Positions 1-7,275 of a stretch of DNA of 32,000 bases are shown here, piece by piece. Source of the DNA: Bacillus subtilis subsp. subtilis str. 168 (lineage in GTDB: Bacteria > Bacillota > Bacilli > Bacillales > Bacillaceae); the NCBI RefSeq assembly GCF_000009045.1, contig NC_000964.3, forward strand, positions 780,001-812,000, written 5' to 3'. A program made the translations under genes and the position numbers. The notes beneath the pieces were generated by a model. That model was not told the origin of the DNA. It did not search any database and worked only from the letters and a program-made list of their open reading frames with translations. The stretch's first letter is position 1. Each line of letters starts with the position of its first letter.

Positions 1-1037
1 TCATCAGAACCGACTGGCTGAAAAATGTCGGTCTGGATATGCCGGAAACGCTTGATGATTTCTATGAAGTGCTGAAAGCCTTTAAGGAAAAAGATCCTGA
101 CGGAAACGGCAAGGATGATACGTACGGCATGGTCGTGCCGAAATGGATGGGACTCGGCAACGGAAGCCCATGGGATGTTCTGCAAATCTGGTTCGGCGCT
201 CCGAACCGCTACGGTGTTGAAAACGGAAAGCTGATTCCAGATTTTACAACGAAGGAATACATGGATGCGCTCACGTTTTTTAAAAAGCTCTATGATGAGG
301 GCTTGATCAATAAGGACTTTGCTGTCATGGATTCTGCGAAGTGGAATGATCCGGTTGTAAAAGGAAAAGCGGGTGTCATCGTTGATACAGGCTCAAGAGC
401 GTCTCAAATCCAAAGCGCGATGGAGGAGGCGGATGAGTCGAACAAGGATATCATTGATATCGTCGGCTCGCTTGAGGGACCGAATGGCAAGCGCACCTTC
501 CCGACATCTGGTTATTCAGGCATGATCACGATACCAAAATCAAGCGTCAAAACCGAAAAAGAGCTGAAAGAGGTGCTGTCCTTCCTCGATAAGATGAATG
601 ATAAGGAAGCGCAGATTCTCACGAACAACGGAGTGAAGGGCCGCAATTACGAGCTCAAGGACGGCGTATTCACCTCACTTGAAAAAAACAATAAATCTCT
701 CCTGTATGAGCATGAAGGCTTGGCACAGTTCAGCATGTCGATTCCGAAAAGCGAGTATTACATCGAAGACCAGAAAACCAAGCTCTTCCAGCATCGCAAG
801 GACATCATAACCGAAGGAGAAAAAATAGCCGTCTTTAACCCTGCTGAGTCGCTTGTATCTGATGTCTATACCCAAAAAGGAGCCCAGCTTGACAACATCA
901 TCCTCGACGCGAGAACACAATTTATCATTGGAGAAATTGATGAAAAAGGGTTCGATGATGCGGTGGAGCTTTGGAAAAAAAGCGGCGGCAATGAACTGAT
1001 GAAGGACTTGAACAAATTGTACCAATCGTCAAAATAA
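1..1037 (+). CDS. lplA: ABC-transporter extracellular sugar-binding lipoprotein, C-terminal ~345 codons (5' end lies upstream of the window)
   Basis: Frame open from nt 3 (IRTDWLKNVGLDMPETL...) to TAA 1035-1037. Sequence is solute-binding-protein-like. Followed by two MalFG-type permease genes and a GH4 gene, the B. subtilis lplABCD order. Confidence 0.9.
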   Translation, partial: IRTDWLKNVGLDMPETLDDFYEVLKAFKEKDPDGNGKDDTYGMVVPKWMGLGNGSPWDVLQIWFGAPNRYGVENGKLIPDFTTKEYMDALTFFKKLYDEGLINKDFAVMDSAKWNDPVVKGKAGVIVDTGSRASQIQSAMEEADESNKDIIDIVGSLEGPNGKRTFPTSGYSGMITIPKSSVKTEKELKEVLSFLDKMNDKEAQILTNNGVKGRNYELKDGVFTSLEKNNKSLLYEHEGLAQFSMSIPKSEYYIEDQKTKLFQHRKDIITEGEKIAVFNPAESLVSDVYTQKGAQLDNIILDARTQFIIGEIDEKGFDDAVELWKKSGGNELMKDLNKLYQSSK

Positions 1038-1043
1038 ACCGAT

Positions 1044-1065
1044 GCGCCTGCCTTTCGGCGGGCGC
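1044..1065 (+). other. GC-rich intercistronic stem-loop between lplA and lplB, with no U-tail
   Basis: GCGCCTGCC-TTTC-GGCGGGCGC: 9 bp with one G.U pair, followed by CCCGGTATC rather than a T-run. Confidence 0.5.
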
Positions 1066-1091
1066 CCCGGTATCACGAAAGGAGAACAGAT

Positions 1092-2048
1092 ATGGAAACA
1101 GTGCCGAAGAAGAGAGATGCACCTGTTCTCACCGCTGGAAAAGGCATCAGCTGGATGGCTGCGCTCAAACGGGACAAATGGCTTTATCTTCTTCTTATTC
1201 CCGGTCTGCTTTATTTCTTGATTTTCAAATACTTGCCGATGTGGGGTGTGCTGATCGCTTTTAAAGACTATTCGCCATATCTCGGCTTCTGGAAAAGCGA
1301 ATGGGTCGGCTTTGATTATTTCAAAGACTTTTTTATGAATCCGGATTTTTTCCGGCTGCTGCGCAACACCCTCATGCTGGCGAGTCTGGATCTTTTGTTT
1401 GCCTTTCCCGCGCCTCTCATTTTGGCTCTGCTTTTGAATGAGGTAAGAAAGGCCGTGTATAAAAGATGTATCCAAACCTTTATTTACGTACCCCATTTTG
1501 TATCATGGACAATTGTGGTCAGCATCACCTTCGTTTTCTTTACTGTCGATACAGGTGTGATCAACAAATTGATTATGAGCCTGACAGGTGAGCAGATTTC
1601 TTTCTTGTCGGATGCAGACTGGTTCCGGCCAATGATTGTGATGCAAAGCATTTGGAAGGAGACAGGCTGGGGAACGATTCTATTTTTGGCAGCGCTTGCT
1701 ACGGTTGATCAAGAGCAGTATGAAGCGGCCATCATGGACGGAGCGGGGCGGTTCAGGAGAATGTGGCATATTACGCTGCCGGCGATTAGAAGCACCATTA
1801 TCGTTTTGTTGATTTTAAGAATCGGCAGCTTTTTGAATCTTGGCTTTGAACAGGTGTATTTGATGACGAACTCACTCAACCGCAGTGTGGCTGACATCTT
1901 CGACACGTATGTGTACATGATGGGGATTACCCAAGGGGCGTATAGCTACAGCACGGCGGTCGGTTTGTTTAAATCAGTTGTCGGGATTATCTTGATTTTT
2001 GGCGCCAATTACATTGCGAAAAAGTTTGATCAGGAAGGATTGTTTTAG
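1092..2048 (+). CDS. lplB: ABC sugar transporter permease (MalF-like), 318 aa
   Basis: ATG 1092 with AAAGGAG 7 nt upstream. Multi-TM protein with an EAA-type loop (EAAIMDGAGRFRRMWHITLP). Confidence 0.93.
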   Translation: METVPKKRDAPVLTAGKGISWMAALKRDKWLYLLLIPGLLYFLIFKYLPMWGVLIAFKDYSPYLGFWKSEWVGFDYFKDFFMNPDFFRLLRNTLMLASLDLLFAFPAPLILALLLNEVRKAVYKRCIQTFIYVPHFVSWTIVVSITFVFFTVDTGVINKLIMSLTGEQISFLSDADWFRPMIVMQSIWKETGWGTILFLAALATVDQEQYEAAIMDGAGRFRRMWHITLPAIRSTIIVLLILRIGSFLNLGFEQVYLMTNSLNRSVADIFDTYVYMMGITQGAYSYSTAVGLFKSVVGIILIFGANYIAKKFDQEGLF

Positions 2049-2061
2049 AGGAGGGAGAGGT

Positions 2062-2949
2062 ATGGCTGAAATTCACACGATGCACAACACCAAAGCCGGA
2101 CGGGTGTTTGACGTCTGCAACATTCTGTTTCTCGGCGGTGTCGGCGCGATTACCATTTTGCCGTTTTTATATATTATCGCCGGTTCCTTTGCGACAGAAG
2201 CGGAACTCGCCCAGCGGAGCTTCTTTATTTTCCCGAAAACCTTTACACTTGATGCTTACAAGTATGTGTTTTCGACACCGACGTTCCTTCGAAGCATGGG
2301 CGTGTCCATCTTCATCACGGTGGTTGGGACGGCTGTACAGCTGTTTTTTACCTTCACGATGGCGTATCCGCTGGCGAAACGGCATGTGAAGGGACGGAAT
2401 CTGCTGTTGAATCTGGTGATTTTCTCCATGCTGTTTTCAGGCGGCATGATTCCGACGTACCTTGTCGTAAAATCACTTGGCCTTTTGGATACGTATTGGG
2501 CATTGATTCTGCCGATGGCGATTAATCCGTTCAACCTTATTATTATCAAAAACTTCTTTCAGCAGCTGCCGCGCGAGCTGGAGGAATCAGCAAAAATTGA
2601 CGGCTGTTCCGAAATCGGCGTCTTCTGGCGGATCGCCCTGCCTCTGTCAAAGCCAGTTATTGCGACCTTTGCGCTGTTTTATGCGGTCGGGATTTGGAAT
2701 GATTTCTTCCACGCTCTCTTATATATCAATGACAGTGCAAAATGGCCGCTGCAAATGGTGCTTCGCCAAGTCACAATTTTATCGGATTTAACGGCGACCA
2801 ATGGTGATACGATGCAAAATGCAGTTCCGCCGGAGCAGGGAATTAAACTCGCTGTCATTGTCATTGCGACGCTGCCGATTTTGGCGGTCTATCCATTTTT
2901 ACAAAAACACTTTGCAAAAGGAATGCTGATCGGTTCGGTGAAAGGCTGA
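2062..2949 (+). CDS. lplC: ABC sugar transporter permease (MalG-like), 295 aa
   Basis: ATG 2062 (MAEIHTMHN...) follows GAGGAGGGAGAGG. The ORF-track start at 1999 overlaps lplB and has no SD. EAA-type loop ESAKIDGCSEIGVFWRIALP. Confidence 0.92.
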   Translation: MAEIHTMHNTKAGRVFDVCNILFLGGVGAITILPFLYIIAGSFATEAELAQRSFFIFPKTFTLDAYKYVFSTPTFLRSMGVSIFITVVGTAVQLFFTFTMAYPLAKRHVKGRNLLLNLVIFSMLFSGGMIPTYLVVKSLGLLDTYWALILPMAINPFNLIIIKNFFQQLPRELEESAKIDGCSEIGVFWRIALPLSKPVIATFALFYAVGIWNDFFHALLYINDSAKWPLQMVLRQVTILSDLTATNGDTMQNAVPPEQGIKLAVIVIATLPILAVYPFLQKHFAKGMLIGSVKG

Positions 2950-2957
2950 GAAAGGGA

Positions 2958-4298
2958 GTGTTTCATATCAGTACATTAGATCAGATTAAGATTGCCTATA
3001 TCGGCGGGGGGTCCCAAGGCTGGGCCAGAAGCCTGATGAGTGATTTGTCGATTGATGAACGGATGTCAGGCACGGTGGCGCTCTATGATCTTGATTTTGA
3101 AGCCGCTCAGAAAAATGAAGTGATCGGCAATCACAGCGGGAACGGCAGATGGAGATATGAGGCTGTTTCTACTTTGAAAAAGGCGTTATCAGCCGCGGAT
3201 ATCGTCATTATTTCCATTTTGCCGGGATCACTGGATGATATGGAAGTCGATGTGCACTTGCCTGAGCGCTGCGGTATTTATCAGTCTGTAGGTGATACTG
3301 TCGGGCCTGGAGGGATCATCAGGGGCTTGCGTGCTGTGCCGATATTTGCGGAAATTGCCCGGGCAATAAGAGACTACGCACCTGAATCATGGGTCATTAA
3401 TTATACAAACCCGATGTCTGTCTGTACAAGAGTGCTGTATAAAGTGTTTCCCGGCATCAAAGCGATTGGCTGCTGCCACGAGGTATTCGGGACGCAAAAG
3501 CTATTGGCGGAAATGGTCACGGAAAGGCTGGGGATTGAGGTGCCGCGGCGTGAGGATATCCGCGTTAATGTGCTCGGCATTAACCATTTTACATGGATCA
3601 CAAAAGCCTCTTACCGCCATATTGACCTGTTGCCTATATTCCGTGAATTCAGCGCGCACTATGGGGAATCAGGATATGAGCTGGAGGGGGAATGCTGGAG
3701 GGACAGCGTCTTTTGTTCGGCACACCGTGTTGCGTTTGATTTATTTGAAACGTATGGCGCCATCCCTGCTGCGGGTGACAGGCATCTGGCAGAGTTTCTT
3801 CCCGGCCCATACCTCAAACAGCCTGAAGTATGGAAATTTCATCTCACACCTATATCATTCAGAAAACAAGACAGAGCTGAGAAACGACAAGAAACAGAAC
3901 GGTTGATCGTGCAACAACGGGGCGTTGCTGAGAAAGCTTCGGGAGAAGAAGGCGTGAACATCATAGCGGCTCTTCTCGGATTGGGTGAACTCGTCACAAA
4001 TGTAAATATGCCGAATCAAGGCCAGGTCTTAAACCTTCCTATACAAGCCATTGTCGAAACAAACGCATTCATCACAAGGAACCGTGTCCAGCCGATTTTG
4101 TCCGGAGCGCTTCCGAAAGGTGTGGAAATGCTGGCGGCTAGGCATATATCCAATCAGGAGGCAGTGGCGGACGCAGGTTTAACAAAGGATACTGGCCTCG
4201 CGTTTCAAGCCTTCCTCAATGACCCGCTTGTCCAGATTGACCGCAGTGATGCAGAGCAGCTTTTCAATGACATGCTCCAATGCATCATGCAAAGCTGA
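2958..4298 (+). CDS. lplD: Glycoside hydrolase family 4 enzyme (NAD/Mn-dependent; alpha-galacturonidase in B. subtilis), 446 aa
   Basis: N-terminal Rossmann motif KIAYIGGGSQGW plus the GH4-typical CCHE and INHF motifs. GTG 2958 overlaps the best SD (AAAGGGAG 2951-2958), so the exact start is uncertain by a few codons. Confidence 0.88.
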   Translation: MFHISTLDQIKIAYIGGGSQGWARSLMSDLSIDERMSGTVALYDLDFEAAQKNEVIGNHSGNGRWRYEAVSTLKKALSAADIVIISILPGSLDDMEVDVHLPERCGIYQSVGDTVGPGGIIRGLRAVPIFAEIARAIRDYAPESWVINYTNPMSVCTRVLYKVFPGIKAIGCCHEVFGTQKLLAEMVTERLGIEVPRREDIRVNVLGINHFTWITKASYRHIDLLPIFREFSAHYGESGYELEGECWRDSVFCSAHRVAFDLFETYGAIPAAGDRHLAEFLPGPYLKQPEVWKFHLTPISFRKQDRAEKRQETERLIVQQRGVAEKASGEEGVNIIAALLGLGELVTNVNMPNQGQVLNLPIQAIVETNAFITRNRVQPILSGALPKGVEMLAARHISNQEAVADAGLTKDTGLAFQAFLNDPLVQIDRSDAEQLFNDMLQCIMQS

Positions 4299-4380
4299 GC
4301 TTGCCGATTAGCTCTTTCCGGTTTAGAAAGGAAAGCATTGACCATACTGATAGTATAATCAAGAAGTAGGTGCTATCAAT

Positions 4381-5076
4381 ATGGGAAATTATTTAAGTGT
4401 TGCGGTAGAACTGGTCTGCGGTTTAGGCATTTTATTTATCATCTTAAAGCTTCTCGGGAAAACCCAATTTTCTCAAATTACGCCGTTTGACTTTATTTCT
4501 GCTTTAATTTTAGGTGAATTGGTCGGAAATGCCGTCTACGATCATGAAATCAAAATCAAAGAAATTATTTTTGCTTCGCTATTGTGGGGCGTGCTGATTT
4601 ATATTATTGAATTTATCACGCAAAAAATGAAATCATCGCGAAAGTTCTTGGAGGGCGAGCCGAATATCGTCATCCGCAAAGGGGAGCTTCAATATAAAGT
4701 AATGAAGAAAAATAAGATAGACATTAACCAGCTGCAAAGCCTATTGAGGCAAGCTGGGAGCTTTTCGATCCAAGAAGTAGAATATGCGATTCTTGAAACA
4801 AACGGGATGGTCAGCGTGCTTCCAAAATCAGACTTTGACAAACCGACAAATAAGGATTTGCAGATTCCTTCGAAGTCCGTTTCTCTGCCGATCACGTTAA
4901 TCATAGATGGAGAGATTGTGCGGGATAATTTGAAGGAAGCAGGTGTGGATGAACAGTGGCTGAAACAAGAATTGAAAAAGAAGAACATTGATAAGACAGA
5001 GGACGTGTTATTTGCAGAATGGCATAAAAATAAGCCGCTGTATACTGTAACGTACGAACAAAGCAGATCAACATGA
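4381..5076 (+). CDS. yetF: DUF421-family membrane protein (N-terminal TM helices plus soluble C-terminal domain), 231 aa
   Basis: ATG 4381 with AGGTG 8 nt upstream. Hydrophobic N-terminus. Followed by the bidirectional terminator at 5084-5114. Confidence 0.9.
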   Translation: MGNYLSVAVELVCGLGILFIILKLLGKTQFSQITPFDFISALILGELVGNAVYDHEIKIKEIIFASLLWGVLIYIIEFITQKMKSSRKFLEGEPNIVIRKGELQYKVMKKNKIDINQLQSLLRQAGSFSIQEVEYAILETNGMVSVLPKSDFDKPTNKDLQIPSKSVSLPITLIIDGEIVRDNLKEAGVDEQWLKQELKKKNIDKTEDVLFAEWHKNKPLYTVTYEQSRST

Positions 5077-5083
5077 CTCTTAG

Positions 5084-5114
5084 AAAAAAGCTTGCAGCAA
5101 GGCGCAAGCTTTTT
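5084..5114. terminator. Bidirectional intrinsic terminator shared by convergent yetF and hmoA
   Basis: AAAAAAGCTTGC-agcaaggc-GCAAGCTTTTTAT, with A-run and T-run flanks. Confidence 0.8.
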
Positions 5115-5439
5115 ATTGATTGTATGTCCCTTGTTTGACAGCACGTACATGGTACATGCTCACTTCAGTGCTGATCAGATAGTCAGGCTTTGGTTTGCCT
5201 TTGTTTGCTTTATGGCCGGCGATATGCGCATCGCTTTTTTCCCATTGCTTCCAGTGATCCTCTGATTCCCAGCGAATCATGACAACAACTTCTTCATCAC
5301 CGCGGCGCACATTTTTCTCAAGCACTGTCACATCAATTAAACCTTCTTGTTTTTCAATGATTCCTTCAGCGCTGAAACGTTCTATGACTTTATCTGCAAA
5401 GCCTTCTTTAACCGTCATTTTTCTCAACTGTACAAACAT
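5113..5439 (-). CDS. hmoA: ABM/IsdG-type haem-degrading monooxygenase, 108 aa
   Basis: ATG at 5439 (MFVQLRKMTVKEG...) with GGAGTGAG SD. The ORF-track extension to 5538 runs through the promoter and terminator. ABM-domain-like sequence. Confidence 0.9.
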   Translation of the reverse strand: MFVQLRKMTVKEGFADKVIERFSAEGIIEKQEGLIDVTVLEKNVRRGDEEVVVMIRWESEDHWKQWEKSDAHIAGHKANKGKPKPDYLISTEVSMYHVRAVKQGTYNQ

Positions 5440-5472
5440 TTGTCTCACTCCAATCATTCTCACATATGAATA

Positions 5473-5502
5473 ATTGTAAATGAAATTCATTCTCAATGTC
5501 AA
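5473..5502 (-). promoter_or_regulatory. Sigma-A promoter of hmoA: TTGACA-N18-TACAAT
   Basis: On the minus strand, -35 is at 5497-5502 and -10 at 5473-5478. Confidence 0.65.
5481..5495 (-). promoter_or_regulatory. Fur-box-like 7-1-7 element in the hmoA promoter spacer
   Basis: TGAGAATGAATTTCA matches TGATAATNATTATCA at 11 of 14 defined positions. A weaker copy (TGAGAATGATTGGAG, 10/14) lies at 5448-5462. Confidence 0.55.
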
Positions 5503-5536
5503 AGAAAGCGCAGGGCGGAATCGAACCGCCGTGCGC
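5501..5536 (-). terminator. Intrinsic terminator of yetH (T-arm/minihelix-like hairpin)
   Basis: Minus strand GCGCACGGCGG-TTCGATT-CCGCCCTGCGC followed by TTTCTTT. Confidence 0.8.
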
Positions 5537-5542
5537 AACAGT

Positions 5543-5905
5543 TTATTCTTTTAATAAAAACACATTTCCGTCTTCGTCCTTAAATTGAACGAAGGTGCCC
5601 CACTCCATTTGATTGGGCTCACCGAGAAATTCTACACCGTTTGTCTTCATTTTCTCGTATGTACCAAAGATGTCTTCGCATTCAAACACAATAGAAGCCT
5701 TCATTTGCTCTGAGCCTTTCATCATGGCTTTCGGGTAAATGACTAAACGAGTCTCGGCTCCTTTTGGCGCAACCTCCAGCCAGCTTGCTTCAGGTCCCAT
5801 TGGGTGATCCGCTGCAATATCAAAGCCTACCTTCTCTGTCCAAAATTGCTTCGCTTTCTGCTGGTCCTCGACATATACAGCAACAGTGCCAATTTGTTTG
5901 ATCAT
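5543..5905 (-). CDS. yetH: Glyoxalase/bleomycin-resistance/dioxygenase (VOC) superfamily protein, 120 aa
   Basis: ATG 5905 preceded by TTGGAGGTTTCCC. VOC-like sequence (VAVYVEDQQKAKQFWTEKVGF...). Terminator at 5501-5536. Confidence 0.9.
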   Translation of the reverse strand: MIKQIGTVAVYVEDQQKAKQFWTEKVGFDIAADHPMGPEASWLEVAPKGAETRLVIYPKAMMKGSEQMKASIVFECEDIFGTYEKMKTNGVEFLGEPNQMEWGTFVQFKDEDGNVFLLKE

Positions 5906-5936
5906 AGGGAAACCTCCAAGTTGAAAAGATAATAAT

Positions 5937-5965
5937 ACTATAACCTGTTTACGGCCGAAGTAACA
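5937..5965 (-). promoter_or_regulatory. Candidate sigma-A promoter of yetH: TGTTAC-N17-TATAGT
   Basis: Hexamers at 5960-5965 and 5937-5942 on the minus strand, about 30 nt upstream of the yetH SD. Confidence 0.4.
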
Positions 5966-5995
5966 TAAAAAAATCAGCCGGGAAACCGGCTGATT
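5966..5995 (-). terminator. Intrinsic terminator of the Gly-rich ORF
   Basis: AATCAGCCGG-TTTC-CCGGCTGATT (minus strand) followed by TTTTTAT. Starts 1 nt after the stop codon. Confidence 0.8.
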
Positions 5996-5996
5996 A

Positions 5997-6491
5997 TTAA
6001 AATGAGCAGCTTACAACATCGATGTGATTTGTGTCTAAGGCGAAATAAACCCAGCGGCGCCGTGAGGAATCCCAATAAAAGCCGCCGACGGATCTTCTGC
6101 CAAGGATGATCGGGTAAAACCAAAATGAGCGGCCATTGGTTAACCAGACATAGGTAAATCGGAAAAGGCAAGGACGAATGGTGATTGGTTCAACTAACAA
6201 AACGGCTCCTTGAGAACCCTGCGGTTTTGGGGGTTTCGCTGGTATTTGGGAAGGAGGAGGTCCCTGCGGCGCACCGCCGAAGCCTGGGCTGGCACCGCTG
6301 CCAATACCAGGGCCGGAGCCGCCGCCAAAGCCTGGAACAGCACCACCGCCAATGCCAGGACCGGAGCCGCCGCCAGAGCCCGGAACAGCGCCGCTGCCAA
6401 TGCCAGGCCATGGATATCGGTATTCATATTCAAAAGCAGGCCAAGGCTCATAAAAATGCCCCGCAAACATATAAGGATCAACATAATACAT
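5997..6491 (-). CDS. Hypothetical Gly/Pro/aromatic-rich protein, 164 aa. Tyr/Trp-rich N-terminus, 2.75 copies of a 16-aa Gly repeat, a Pro/Gln linker, and a ~70-aa Cys-flanked aromatic/Arg-rich C-terminal domain.
   Basis: ATG 6491 with AAAGGA 9 nt upstream. TAA 5997-5999 is followed 1 nt later by a 10-bp hairpin plus U-run. Codons are coherent across the non-repeat C-terminal part. Confidence 0.7.
   Translation of the reverse strand: MYYVDPYMFAGHFYEPWPAFEYEYRYPWPGIGSGAVPGSGGGSGPGIGGGAVPGFGGGSGPGIGSGASPGFGGAPQGPPPSQIPAKPPKPQGSQGAVLLVEPITIRPCLFRFTYVWLTNGRSFWFYPIILGRRSVGGFYWDSSRRRWVYFALDTNHIDVVSCSF
6273..6404 (-). repeat. Tandem 48-nt (16-codon) repeat, about 2.75 copies, inside the Gly-rich ORF
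   Basis: Units 6357-6404 and 6309-6356 differ at 5 of 48 positions; 6273-6308 is a partial third unit. They encode GIGSGAVPGSGGGSGP / GIGGGAVPGFGGGSGP / GIGSGASPGFGG. Confidence 0.9.
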
Positions 6492-6625
6492 GTGATAACG
6501 TCCTTTCTCATTGTAAACTGTACATTGCAGTTTATGCGGGCGGACTCTTATTGGTGCATTCGCCTAAGGATATGAAGCTGGAATGCTCTCAGAGAGCAGA
6601 ATCATTTGATTTTTCTCTAGTCTTA

Positions 6626-6654
6626 TTCACAATTCCGATTTATCATTTTATAAT
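6626..6654 (+). promoter_or_regulatory. Sigma-A promoter of yetI: TTCACA-N17-TATAAT
   Basis: -35 at 6626-6631, -10 at 6649-6654, about 35 nt upstream of GTG 6689. Confidence 0.55.
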
Positions 6655-6688
6655 GAAAGTGCTTCTATTACGAAAAAGGAGACAGACC

Positions 6689-7270
6689 GTGAATATCGAT
6701 CAATTATTATATCAATATATCATAGACAACACTGCGGATATTACTGAGAAATGGTTCAGTTTGCGTTGCCAGCTAAAAGGCGAGCTATATTCCGCCAGCC
6801 ATTTAAGTGAAGAAACGAAAACACTTTTAACCGAGCAGCATACATTTACCAATATAACAATCGCAAGCGCATTTCTGGAGGATCAAACCGATTTTCAAGA
6901 AAACATGACAAAATGGGCGCAAAACGTTGCGAAAAACAGGGTAGAGCAGGATGTTCAAGTGCATGAGGTCGTAGAAGCCATATCCAATTCAAGAATCTCA
7001 TTCTGGGACGCAGTCGCCACATTTATAAAAGAGAATCAGGAGATTGTGACAAATGAGGATGCAGACCGATGGAACCGCATTGTGAATCAGTCGTTCGATA
7101 AGCTGATTATTGAATTCTCCGAGCAGTACCAAAAATTCATGCTGATGAGGCTTACATCTCAGCAGGAACTGATCTCAGAGCTTGGCTGCCCGGTCATTTC
7201 CATTGCCGATGGAATCGGGATATTGCCGCTTATCGGCTCCATTGATACAAAACGGCACAGGTCATTTTAG
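6689..7270 (+). CDS. yetI: RsbR-paralogue fragment: N-terminal sensor (non-haem globin-like) domain and linker, 193 aa, ending prematurely at TAG 7268-7270
   Basis: GTG 6689 with AAAAAGGAGA 7 nt upstream. N-terminus aligns by eye with RsbRA (VNIDQLLYQYIIDNTADITEKW vs SNQTVYQFIAENQNELLQLW). Ends in PLIGSIDTKR, then leaves the frame. Confidence 0.85.
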   Translation: MNIDQLLYQYIIDNTADITEKWFSLRCQLKGELYSASHLSEETKTLLTEQHTFTNITIASAFLEDQTDFQENMTKWAQNVAKNRVEQDVQVHEVVEAISNSRISFWDAVATFIKENQEIVTNEDADRWNRIVNQSFDKLIIEFSEQYQKFMLMRLTSQQELISELGCPVISIADGIGILPLIGSIDTKRHRSF

Positions 7271-7275
7271 AAACA

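Noticed and set aside
1999-2061. Longer lplC start (ORF track 1999), and similar over-extensions of hmoA (to 5538), yetM (10306), yetN (12544), yfnB (25385), yfnA (26844), yfmT (27082) and yfmR (29545)
   Set aside because: In each case the extension overlaps the upstream gene, the terminator or the SD itself, while an internal start has a properly spaced SD.
2958-2969. Possible non-canonical ATC start (2967) for lplD, 8 nt after the GGGAG SD
   Set aside because: ATC initiation is extremely rare. GTG 2958 with the more distant GAAAGG (2940-2945) is the conservative call. This needs N-terminal protein data.
6529-6536. CATAAACT as a sigma-E/K -10 element for the Gly-rich gene
   Set aside because: Not listed as a feature. 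The only ATA-type -35 candidate is about 10-12 nt upstream, which is too close. The element is mentioned in the findings only as a weak hint.
6185-6688. N-terminal extension of the 361-aa plus-strand ORF, and the overlapping ORFs 6190-6411, 6194-6511 and 6210-6575
   Set aside because: All are open only because the Gly-codon repeat is stop-poor in every frame. Translations are Arg/Ala/Trp low-complexity strings. The real yetI start (GTG 6689) has its own promoter and SD downstream.
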